From positions 79,829 to 143,828 of the forward strand of contig CDMY01000263.1 in assembly GCA_001179505.1 (NCBI GenBank): a stretch of 64,000 nucleotides of DNA, in the 5' to 3' direction. Below are positions 20,801-32,539 of this stretch, piece after piece. This DNA is from Vitrella brassicaformis CCMP3155 (lineage: Eukaryota > Protista > Chromerida). The notes beneath the pieces are model-generated. The model searched no databases. It was not told the DNA's origin and saw only the letters and a list, made by a program, of their open reading frames with translations. The position numbers and the translations under genes were made by a program. The stretch's first letter is position 1. Each line of letters opens with the position of its first letter.

Positions 20801-23800
20801 AGCGATAATAGAGCCAACATCCGCATCAGACACCGGGATGACGATTGCATGGACGCAGCGCGGCAAGGCCAAGTGCAGCTCCGCAAGCGGGCTCGTGGTA
20901 CTGAGTCGCCTCTTGAAGCGGTCATGAGCACGCGACGAGAGAATCTCAAGGGCAGCGGCGCTATCAAAAGTAGTCAACGAGAGGCCATCAATGCTGACGG
21001 TGTCGTGTTGCAGAGGTTGCAGAGGCGTGGTGGTTCCGGGTGTCTCTGGGATCCCGTCTGCACTTCGACCATGACCTTCGGAAGACGGCCCGTGTTGCGG
21101 CTTTGGAAGACCAGCAGGCACGGCTGACACACATAGAAAAACAGGAAAAGACCTCTAGCTCCAGGCAACTCACCCCTTGCAATGAACAGCTGCTCACGTG
21201 GTGTATGTTTTTGAGAAGCAGCAGACCCGGGTACCGGGATCTTTGCGCTCAATGCAGACGACTGCACGGGTAATTTGAAGAGGTTTGCCGTAAGGGTTGA
21301 AAGGATACCGCAATCAACGGTTAGGGATCTCATCCGCCTCCTTCCAACACCTAAAGCGAAGGGAAAGTACGCAACGTACCCGGAGCGTGGTGGTCCTCAT
21401 CGCTGCATTGTTTACCATCCTTTGAGAAGACAGCCGACGTTCGGCGACTGATTTCCGCCGTCGTCCGTTCGGCCTCATGAGAGACTGTGTACACAAGAAG
21501 GGTTAGCAACATGGCATGTTTTTCCCGACGCACCAGTGCTTTAATTACCTGCAGGGAGATCTAACGCGCTCTTGGACTTCCGAGCGAGGGGATGTTTGGG
21601 TAGGGATTCGGCTGCGGAGTTCCTGTTGCCGAGTGAAAACAGGATGAATGCGCGCATGACCTTCTGGTTCAGAAGGCGATTCCACTTCCCGGATCCGCGG
21701 AAGGTGCCTTCCAGAGATAGCTGGTCACGAATGAAAGATGACAGACGCTCGCTGGGGGGCCGCTCTGGCGGTGCTGGTGCTGCTGTTGCTGCTGTTGCTG
21801 CTGCTGGTGCTGTTGCTGTTGCAACAGCGGAGGACGAATTAGGCAAGCTGATCCTCCTACCCGCAACCAGTAACTGCACAAGAGCGAGACAAAACTCGAC
21901 ATGCACATGCCGTGACTGAGTTCAAGTTTAATTTCGCTCACACTTATGGCAGCCACTTCTCGAAGGAGCAACAGATCCGAGAACTTCATTGCTGGGATTC
22001 GAGACGCTGCAGACTGGCTATTGGTGACCGAGACGGCAGAAGAAGGCGGTGGCAACACGGCGTAGAACTGCTCCTTCATAGTAAATGTGCATCGAACAAA
22101 CTCCCTTTTCAGGATGTTCAGGGACAGAATGTCGAGATGCTCCCGCAGAGCATCGAACCTGAGATACCGACGCATGATCGAGAGAATTCAGACAAACGCT
22201 TATCATCGATGTACTTCATGGGGAAGGCTCGGAAATTCAGGGCAACGCGTCTGCGGATGTCCTCGATGCCCTGCAAAACGCGTTGGACCTTTTCTCCACA
22301 GAGAGGTTTTGTATTCTATTTATGGGTGCGACCTTTATGGTTTTCTGCCACATGATCCGCTCGCTACTCGTGCACCAGACAAGGAAATCAATGACCTAAA
22401 AGAAGACAAGAGAAGAATTTTCTTCCGAAGGACCGAAAGCCAGCAGAGCACTTGCCTGTTCCTCAATGGATTGGAACAGCTCCATCATGTCTCGAAACAA
22501 ATCCGTAGTCAACGCCTCGAGATTCTCCAAATCTTTTGCGACGAGTTGAGTGGGCTGCATCTGCAAAACTTGAGGCGCTTTTATCGTCTCCAAACTCGGT
22601 TCCGTTTCTGGAGGGTGCCTGTCGACGGGTCTGGGCTCGTTTACTGGTCGAGGCTTCGACGCTCGAAGGTCACGCGAACTCAGCACTGGCACACTGTTGA
22701 TGAGTGGTAGATGCTGAGTAAGCTTAATCTTGTAACATGGCATTGCCTCCCACTCGAAAGCGACCACCTGAGCCAAGGCATGAGATGTCTTTGTTGGTCT
22801 ACGCGAGTTCATTTTCTACCAGGCTCGAAGTCGCAAAACACTTCACATGATTCCGGAACACAAGATGGTTGCATTCTCTTAGCCTACAAGAACAAATGAA
22901 TTTCACGGTTGACGCACTGAAAAGCATGAAGCTTCACCTGCAGGTGTAGCTCTTGTTGAGGAAGAAAATGTTGAGAAACTTCGAAAACGGTAGCCGTCCA
23001 CTTGCTTCACCAGAAGAGCACGAACAGAAAGGACATAGGATCAGAATTTTAAGTTTTGATTCGTGCCGAAGACCTACCCTTCGTGAGCGGATTTCTCGGT
23101 GTGACCTCCTTTTGACATAGTTTGCACCAATGCCAAGTCAGAATTTGCGAAGGTTGCCGCCTGGAAGAAGTCTCGGCTAGATGGTCACCGCCGCCCTCTG
23201 TCACTTGAAGAGTGAAAGAGTACGCTGACGGGTTCGATGAAGAGATTAACGTGTCCTCAACATCGGTTCGGCTGTCGTCGGATTGATCCGGCAACGACGC
23301 TGATGGCGTTAGTCCGCGAGAGTCATCTTGAGGCTGTTTCAAATGACACTACGATACTTGTGGCCGCATCATGATTCTGCATTCGTACTTACACGCTCGC
23401 GGATAGTGACGAGAAGCCGATGATGGAGGTGTTGGTAGCAGAGGACGTGCCTTGTTAGAGGCAGCCTGCAGCGAGACTGGTTGCCGGGACACTTCCTGAA
23501 AGAGATTCGGACAAGAGCATGCGAGGTGCTTCAGAGCGTTTGCATCTGCAGTAGTTACCGAATGTCTGCGTTGAAACACCGATTCTCCAGGAAGCTGGAA
23601 AGGTGCACATGGACATTTATGCACAAATCGGGTGCTCTCAAGCATTTCTTTACTCCTGAAGGGTCATGTCTTCGGGAGCCAGGAAACGCATGGTGTCCAA
23701 CTGCAAAACGATAGTGAACAGAATGTCAGTGTCTGATGAGTTTCTTACCCCAGGAATGTCAGTGTCTGATGAATTTCTTACCCCAGGTTCGACGCATTGA

Positions 23801-26800
23801 TTCTGTTTGCCAACCTAGTGAGACAAATCAAAGAAGCAATACCAAAAAAAGCATTTCAATTCGAAATCTGGAAGTGATAATCCTCCTACCCAAAAGAACA
23901 GGAAGTCAACACGTTGACTCGCTTCCCAATGGAAAGCATGGTCGAAGACCTTCACCCAATCCAGGCCCGTTCCATCAGCTCGCATGAAATCCTGAAACAA
24001 ATAAACTTCGAAGGTTAACCACGGCAAGATGTATGGCAAGGAGCATACCGCGACAGGCCGCCGACCACACAGGCGCGCAAGCATGTCTTTCTCAGAGAGC
24101 TCCAGACAGGGCGAAGACTGCGCCCAACGAAGCCACCTCGCTGGGCTCCCACGCTTAGAAAATGCTCCCTCTGCTCTCTTGTCATCAGTCTCTCTCTCAG
24201 GGGCGACACTGCTGGGAGCCTCATCGGTCTCTCTGTCCGGGGCGGCAGTACTGGAGTCTTGCAGTAAAACATCGGCATCAGATGGGGGAAGCTTTTGCTT
24301 TTTGGTGATGTTCTTCTGCTTCCGCCTCTTTGCTTTTTCCAAGATGGTCTTGTACGCGCTTGTACGCACAGAGGGCCGGTCGCTGCAGAATGCTGCTCTC
24401 GCCAAGGAATCAGCGGGAAGTTTCTTCACCGGGGGAGCAGCGGGACCTGACTGTTTCTTGATCACTCCCAAGCGTTTTCGAAAGAGAAGCATGCCCTCGC
24501 TGGGAGTTGGAAGGTCCATCGGCTGCTGCAGTTTGTCCAGCCACGCGAAGGTTGATGATGCCTTCCCGCGATCCTTGAGTGAGGAAAGGCAAGATGATGA
24601 TGATCTTGAAACCGTGCAGAAGCTGTCGAAACAGAAGCTGCAAAGGAACAACAATGGACAGAGCGTCAACTTGCTTCTGCGCGCTGTCTCTCTTTATTCT
24701 TACTCGGCCTCTAGTTTCAGACAGTAAGCAAGACGAATGGCCCAGCGAAGAACTTTCTTTGCTCTCGACAGCACGCCCTCCTGAGACATAGGGTCAGGAT
24801 CGATCTGGTCAGAAGACCTTTCCCCACGTGAATCATCCCCACGCAAGCAGATCGTGCACCCCCGATCCGGAAGGCAACCTGCGTGAACGGAGAGTCGTTT
24901 TGATTAGGTCTCTGGTTGCATGTTTGTTTCACCTTCCAGAACGACGAGAGGAACTTGGTTTGGGTCCTCCTCGAGACGCAGAACTGAAAACCGACGACAA
25001 AAGCCTAGTATCTGCTGCTGCTTTGGCTACAAATCCACCGAAAAAGCCCAATACTACAATCCGCTCGCAATTATCCACATTTTCGTCGTGGCTCATACCT
25101 TGTCTGACAAGTCGATTGAAGGAAGAATCGTCGCCCCTGTGCACTGACTTATCCGTTTCAACGTCTTCGCAGGCACGTTGACGATCAAGGTGACTCCACT
25201 CTCCCTAAGAGCCAGTGAAGACAATTCAAATCACAGTGTCGAGGCGCTTATTTCTTCTTCTTCTTAGTTCTTGGCCACCGCAGGCGTTCTTGGGCTATCC
25301 TGGCAACGCTCTTCTCGCACTGAAGAACGAATGGGAAAGCGGACAGAAACCATTCGCTGTTTTATTCACGGTCCATTGCTTCACTGCCGCTGACAATCAG
25401 GAGGTTAGGGCGTAACTCCACGATCTGAACGGAACCAAGACCAGACCCCTCGCGTTGACCTGTGTTGCTGTCATGGTTTGCCAATTCGAACCTTGTTCAC
25501 AAGAATGTCGACATAATGCAGCTCCTGCTCGATCAATGAATCTGTTGAAGACATCGTCACTTAAGATGTCGCAAGCAGTGATATCACATGCCGCTCACCC
25601 AGGGACGTGAATTTGTTTTGTCCGCGCTGAAATTCCAACTCAGACGAAAGAAGGAGGATCCTCACGTTTTCAATACTGCAGCAAACCATACTCAAGGTGT
25701 GTCCTGTGGCCACCGGTCCCGCCTTCCTTTGTTTCGACCGTGGCTCCGTCTTCCTTGCCTGTCCATCATTTTGCGGTGACACAAGTTTTTCGGAAACACC
25801 ACGCCGTCGACGTAGAACGAGTTCGATATGTCCGCCCCTCGAATCCTCTTTATCTGCACAGTCCACCAAGGTGGGCCGATCGTGATGCTTGCTGATGCCT
25901 ATCAGCTAATGATAATACCTTCACATTTCGTAAGACATCAAGGTCTGAATGGTCGGTGCATTGAATCCTCTCCACACACCTCAAAGCCATTCCGCGGATA
26001 ACATGAGCATATGTGTCACTCAGTCCCAACAACCGACAGAAAGTCAGCACACTTCCATCCAAATACCCCCACGCCTCGCTCTGATGAAAGACATATGCAC
26101 CGTCACCTAAATTGCCGGTATCTACTGCTACACTATAGTATACTACCGTCAGAGCTTTCTTTGCGCTCGTCTCGGAATCTGTCACCTGGGGGGTCGCCTC
26201 CTCGACCTAAACAGACCAGCAGACCAGTGCACCTCATGAGTGAAGCGGCAGAACGCGTTGTCAGCCGGTATGGTGTGGACCTGGGGCTCAGATAGCGTGT
26301 CACTGGACTGCTCAAGGCCATCAAAAGCCTCGCTCTCTCTCGCGACGCGATGCGGCTCGACATCTGCGTGTCTCGCCCAGAATGTCGCTTGCGGCTGAAT
26401 GTCATCTGCTGAATCGTCGTCTGCTCGAGCCGATGCTGCTCGGACTTCTCCGCTCGCAGACGACGATTCGTCTTCGCTCTTCAGAGGCCAAGCAGGGACC
26501 GTCAGTCGCGCTCGTGATCGCATATGTTCATCCTTCTCCGCAATGCGGCGACAGAAGTCGCACACCCGGACGCTTCCGTGAACTCCCAGCTGCTTTCCCG
26601 GAAGGAAGTTGGAGCAGCAGCTGTTGCAGAAAATCTGCAGAAAGCACACCGACGACCTCTTTCATGACAGCTCTTGCTCGTCTCAGACTACCTGGCCGCA
26701 CAGCCGACAATGATGTCGCCTTCGGAAAGTGTGGAAGGGAAGCGAGCATTGATAGCAAGCTTTGCCTACACGACAAACACAAATGAGATATGGATAGCTG

Positions 26801-27026
26801 TCAGAACTTCTGCTTACACTTTTTGTCGGGCATCCAAAACTTCTTTGCATGGGCTTGCCCTGCAGCAAGCACAGTACACACGAAATAATCATACACTTAC
26901 ATTATACCCAGTGCGCAACCTACCTGATTCTGTCGGCGCCAGGCTTCTGCTTGAGCGTGCGACGACTGGCGGGATAAACAGTCGCGCTCCCTCATCGTCA
27001 ACATCACCACCATGCTCAGATGACAT
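17872..27026 (-). CDS. PIKFYVE: 1-phosphatidylinositol-3-phosphate 5-kinase (PIKfyve/Fab1), multi-exon with short introns
   Basis: FYVE domain WMPDKSKACYQCSLPFHTFRRRHHCRLCGQIFCNSC...VRVCDFC. CCT/TCP1-like ENVRILLLSSELEFQRGQNKF. Cys-rich region DMTLQDFLENRCF and WHWCKLCQKEVTP. PIP-kinase motifs QFHAIR, GGKSGASF, YIFKQV, FDLK, LWDQNF, VVDYSLL, MIDFFRPYTLDKQLE and SPTVISPTEYNYRFRHAIGTYF. Confidence 0.95.
23721..23786 (-). repeat. 33-bp tandem duplication (1 mismatch) that includes a PIKfyve 5' splice site
   Basis: gaatgtcagtgtctgatga(g/a)tttcttaccccag occurs twice; each copy reads ctggg/GTAAGaa on the minus strand. Confidence 0.9.
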
Positions 27027-30000
27027 TTGGGGGGACAAGATCTGCGAAAGCTCGCAATGTCTGCGAGCTAAGCGAGGCGAAAGAGTTTCTTTCCCTAGAA
27101 GAAGGATCTCCTGTTTCACAGAAAGGTAAGATGGATAAGAGATACATTACCAGCTGCTGTTGCTCTCTGTATCTGTGCGCGGTTCTTGTTGTTCAGGTGA
27201 TTTTCTCGGCCTCTCTCTGCTCATTGACTCAAGGTCAGTGTTTGATCGGCCTAGCGGTCTGAGAGCTTTAGCTTTGCACTATCAGAGCCGCTCACTGATG
27301 GGGCGCCAGAAGGCGCCCATCTATCTGCACAGTGGCTGGTGGGCGCAGTTGCAACCGGACGGCCTGTACATTCAAGCGCATGAGCAGCAGGGTATAGCTG
27401 TGCAGGACGGGCTGCTAGACGTTCGTGAGATCTGCCTGTGTGTACTGTGGATAGGGAAGAGCGTTGATCGCGTTGTGCTGCGAGGTGAGTGAGAGAGAGA
27501 GTGACGTGACGGTGGTCTTAGGCGGTCGTGTGCGCGAATCTGTGTGTGTCCTCGCACTACTCTACCTACACCATCAACAGTTCACGACCCCAGGTATTAC
27601 CGGTGCGATGACCAGCTTTCCCATTCATCCATTCATCCAATCATCCAATCATCCATGCATCTGTCTGTCTGATTATCAGGGGGTGCCAACGCTGCAAATA
27701 TGGCACGATGCGGGTCCCTCTATACCGTGAAGAGGGAGGCATCTTCCACCTCAGTGAAGAAGTCCCAGCTTCTCACGAGTGCTTCATGTTCAAAAAGGGT
27801 GAGGTGCTTGTTGTGTCTTGGTTAGCCAGTCCTCGCCTATATGTCTGCGTGACTGTGTGTATGCTTGTTTTCAGTGGAGCCGTCCACGTCCTGGCAGGTG
27901 ACGGCGATGTGCAATATGCTATGTGTGTAAGTGATAAAGGTGAGATGCGTTGTGTCCATTCAGATATGTCCCTACTGTGTCCATGCGAGGGCGATCTCAT
28001 ACAGCAACTTCTCGGAGCATGTGGCCAAGATGCATCCCGGGTTAGCAGAAAGGCACGGCAGTGAAAACAAGCAAGGCAGGATCTTTCTCCTCTCGTCGCC
28101 AACAGGCAGGTAGCTGGGCGACGACAGCGGGAGAGACAGGTGCCTCTCAATCACTCGTCAACCGGTACGTACGTACTGCCGAAAGTCTGACGTGACGCCC
28201 TCGCTGACTTGTTAGTCAGCTTTGTCCTTGGTCGTCGTTTAGACTCATCGGCCGGCCAGCCCATGAGCCTGCCGGGCATGGGATGGGAAGTCGACCACAA
28301 CGGTGTGGCCGAACCGGAGCTTTTTGGTGCATACTCACTGCAAGTGAGGTGGTGCACAGCACAGATGGCCTGACATTCGACGATACCCCTGCCTGGTGCT
28401 GCTCAGGAGTGGGGCTTCGCCAGCGAAGTGCAAATGCCAATGTTGGCATTTGGGGACTCGCTCAGTGCTCCGTCACAGCTGTCCAAGGGGCCAGCTGATG
28501 GAGACGACGCTGTCCGGCCCAAGAGAGAAGCATCTGATGAAGCCGAGCTCGAGGCCGACCCGTCGGTTGAGGAGCTCTGGTATGTGTGTATGTGACACGC
28601 ACACCCCTGCCATTTACATGCAGTGTAGTGTGCCCTTTCTTGCTTGCAGCTCGCTCTTCAAAGGCTTTATGAGTCCAATCGAGCAGCAGGCGTCTTCGTC
28701 GAAGCAGCACCGGACAGAAGGTCGTCCCCATCCAAACTGGGAGAGTGACACGACCCGTTCGCGCACCGACAGTGACCACGAGTGCATTCGTGTGAGGGTG
28801 ACTTCAGAGCTCCGACACGGCAGCTGTTCAGTCGTGTTGCTTCGTACCTACGATGATTCACCGGTCCGTTCATCCGTTGTCTTCTCTATTCCGCTGGCAG
28901 TGCACTGCACTGACGGGGTGATTCGTCGGCTGGGGCCCTGGTTATTGTATCAGATCGAGCTGCATATCCGACCGGACGGCTCGCAATCAATCGATGAATT
29001 GGCATTCACCGTGGCCATGCAGGAGGGCAACGGCGTTTTTGCCGTCAATATCCAGCGAGTCGATCTAAGTGAGTGGTGGACGGACAGACAGAGGGAGGGA
29101 GGGAGGGAGGAAGGAGGATGGTCAGTCGATGATCTCTTTCTTTTGTGTGTTGCGTTCCGCGTGTGTAGGTGGTGCGGCGTGCGAGAAAGATCCCACCATT
29201 GAAAGCATGGTCAAGTGCCATCCAAAGGAACAACTCGACTATGTCATCTCCTTCAGGTGGGACTGCACGGAGAAAGAGCGAATGGTGTCCGATACCGTGT
29301 GTGTGTGTTTTGACTTGCAGGGATTTGGCTTTGTATCACCGTGATGCACTCGTTTCCACCAACAATGTGGGTGCCGGTGGAGTACACTCTGCAATCAATC
29401 GGAAGGGGAGGGAACGACAGAGAACAGCACTTTCTGTCTTTCAGGTGAGGAAGCGACCCGATAAGCATGAATGGTGCAGCTATCGGCGAAGTGTCCTCGG
29501 GGACTGTATCGAGGTTGGTGAGCTTGATGTGAAGGAGTGCCGCGTCGCACTGGCCTGTGGGGACACAACCTGGCGTTTCAACAAGATGAACGCTGAGGTA
29601 TGTTTTGGCACTGAGGAGGGAGGGAGGGGGGGAGGGAGGGAGGGAGGAGGCAGCGAAGCGTTTTGACATCGAAACAGGGATGTTTGGTCAGTACATTCAA
29701 AGCGACTTAGCAATTGCCTCTCTCTGTTTGTTGTATCTGCCTACCATGATCTGCACTTCTGCAGTACCTAGTTGGCAACCTGTATGGCGCTGGAGCCCAG
29801 CTGTACTTGAAGCCCCCGCGGTCCCATCACGGCGGCGTCGTCACATGCCTGTCATTCGATAGGAATTGTTCCTTTCAGCCTGGCGGCTCCTTCCAGCCTG
29901 GCGTTTTCCGGGTACAGTCGGTAGACTGGGAACTCGGGGACTGACTGACTGACTTGTTGTGTCTGGTGTATCTGGTGTGTATATGCAGGTTGACGGGTGT

Positions 30001-30132
30001 GTGTCGTGGGCGAGAAGGAGCCAGCTGACGGTCCAGTCTGCTTCGATGAAGCTTGTTTTCAGCAAAAACATTTCTGTGTCGTCGCTCGAGGCGGGCACGG
30101 GCGTGCTAATGCGCAATCTGCTGGGCGATTGA
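27020..30132 (+). CDS. Hypothetical protein with Cys/His zinc-binding motifs (start at 27020 or 27298)
   Basis: Exons join in frame: MGRQKAPIY..., a 13-nt microexon at 27581-27593, GCQRCKYGTMRVPLY...SHECF, a C2H2-like ICPYCVHARAISYSNFSEHVAKMH, and a long exon at ~28650-29067. A likely last exon ends LMRNLLGD*. Confidence 0.55.
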
Positions 30133-30597
30133 TAGAGACATCATCGGGGCTTTTCGTCCACGTTATGTTCATCGGCCTGTTTGTCTTTTGTCATTTCCTG
30201 ACTGCGTTTCACATGAATGACGCCCACGGGGACGACGAGGCGTGCATTAATTGCCCGGTTTGGTACGGTGTGTACATAGCGGTGTGGTGATCATCGTGGG
30301 ACGGTGCATGATGACATTCGTCTTATTTGCCCTCAAGTCTCTCCAGCAAATCACCTGTCAACTTGAGCAATGTCGTGGTGCACACAGCAATGGGCTGAAG
30401 GCAGGTTGACAGGAGGCGCCAGAGGTCATTGGAGTTTGTAAGGCCAGGGTGGAGCGTTTGGCGTCGAGTGTGCCGACGCAGCAAACCAGGAAAGTGTTGC
30501 AAAGCAGCAAAGCCATCATATTCCTGTATTACTATTTCCTCCTTGGGAATAAAAGGACGGTGGTGGTGCACGCTTGACCGCTTGAGGCGATTATTAT

Positions 30598-32137
30598 ATG
30601 ACGTGCCATGGAGAGAGGAACCGCGTGAGAATCCATGGTGACTTGCTTCGGTGTTTGCGTATTTGTGGTGGTGTGGTGGGCATGTGCGCTCCATGAATGC
30701 CCTGTACGAGCCTCTTCATTCATCCCTGCAGCTGCAGCACCGCCCATCAGGAGCAGCTCACATCGGCACATCCGATCAGCCATCACGCGACGCGAAGCGC
30801 TGAAGCCCAAGCCGTCCAGTCGAGGCTCAATGACCGCACAGGAGTTGACAGGCCCTCTCTGGGTGAAGCAGAGGTTTGCGGAGTTTGCGAAGCTCTGTGC
30901 GAGATCTGGTGGGCAAGGTGAGATCTGGTGGGCAGGCAGCACCAGTTGGAGTGAACAGAAGTCCCCTCCGAAGCACCCAGACGACAAGGTGCGGTATTTG
31001 TGGAAGCTGGCTCACACCATGTCGTACCCTCCCCCCTCTCTTTCTCTCTCGCTGTGTGTCTGTGTTTGTGTGTGTGTATTTCCTGACTGGATCAGGCGCC
31101 ACAGCTTCATGTCGACGCTTCTGTGTCAAGACCTCGAGTCACGAGGTCGGAGGTGGTCAGGGCCAACCGAGAAAAGCCGCTGCCGAAGGTCGTGGTGCCG
31201 CCGGAGCTGCGTCAGTACATCCATGATGCCGCAGTTGACCCATACTTGATCGATGACACGTGAGTGGGTCAGTGGGCAGGTGCACTGGTATGTCATGTGT
31301 GTGGTGCGGTTGGCGTCCGTGTGATTGATAGGTATGGTAAATTGAGGTACCGGCAGTGGACAGTCACTCACGAGGGCTATTTCTTCTGGCCCTTGGTAGG
31401 CATTGATTGCAGTCAGGCAGACTGATGACAGACAGACAGACAGACAGATCCACACACAGACGCGTGCCTGGCCATATCATACATACATCATACGTGTGTG
31501 TGTGTCTGTTCGTCACTGACTCACTTACTTACTGACCGTCATTCATTCATGTCATGCAGATACATGAGTTGGTGCGTCAGACCGAGTGGCGTGTCGTCGT
31601 GTGGTGTGCTGACGGACCTGATGACAAACGCGACGTCGATATCGAATACGGAACGGCTGACGAGTACAACCTGTTTCTCATTGAGAAGGATGGCCTCAAC
31701 GTCTCCCTCGACATCGACAGCGATCGGTAAGCGACCGCAGCGCATTCGCCTTCACATATATGTATCGATTTATGCCACATTCATTCCATGCGTCTGCCAG
31801 GAACTTCAAGTTCGACGGGACGTTGTTTGCCGTTCTGAAGGGTATCGTTGGATGTCGCAAGGGTTGGGCCGACCTCCGATGGCTCGTGCGTCTCCACGGC
31901 ATCAAGCAGTGTGCCAGTGTTGTCGGCAAGAGGTGGCGCTTTTACTACTACGACCAAGAGACGGACGAGTTCATGAAGTCTATGAATGATGTCCTGCTGA
32001 CCCCACGGACTGGGCCCAGAGGGATTGGCGCCCAGAGGGTTATCGACTATATTCTAGACCGCCTCGAGCACCCACACAACGTGAAACAAGAGCCTGACGG
32101 ACCTGGCATGGCGAGTAAGTATGGCGTGACTCACTGA
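30598..32137 (+). CDS. Hypothetical protein
   Basis: Coding-like exons with GT-AG ends: ELVRQTEWRVVVWCADGPDDKRDVDIEY..., NFKFDGTLFAVLKGIVGCRKGWADLRWLVRLHG...LDRLEHPH. The start and the separation from the upstream gene are uncertain. Confidence 0.45.
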
Positions 32138-32539
32138 CCCTCAAGATAGACAACAGGCAGGCCGTCTGGTAGGTGGGTGGGTGATTGTTTTGTGCATGTA
32201 TGTACATAAATGGGGGGTGGCTAGGTCGGCCAAAAGGAAGGAAGAAAGGAGCAGGAAGCCGGTCGGCAGGGTGTTGCTGCCGGTCGTGTTGAGATGAAGG
32301 GACGAGTTTACCGAATTTACAGTACGGCCAGGGCAGCCCTCCTTCCGCGGCGAGAGGATGCGAAGGATACGTATATGGATGGATGGATGACTTCTCGTCG
32401 TAACGCACACACGAACAATCAAACAACTCACAGATCCACGGTGCACAAGGCACATGCACAGCTGACACGTACACTTGGGTAGTGGCACTGCCTCATGTGC
32501 CACCCATCCCATCCCTCCACCATCCATCCATAGCCTCCT

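Noticed and set aside
26182-26649. ORF track lists the FYVE-containing ORF (MCFLQIFCNSCC...) on the + strand
   Set aside because: The sequence shows it is on the minus strand (+ strand tca at 26182 is its stop). It is a PIKfyve exon, not a separate + gene.
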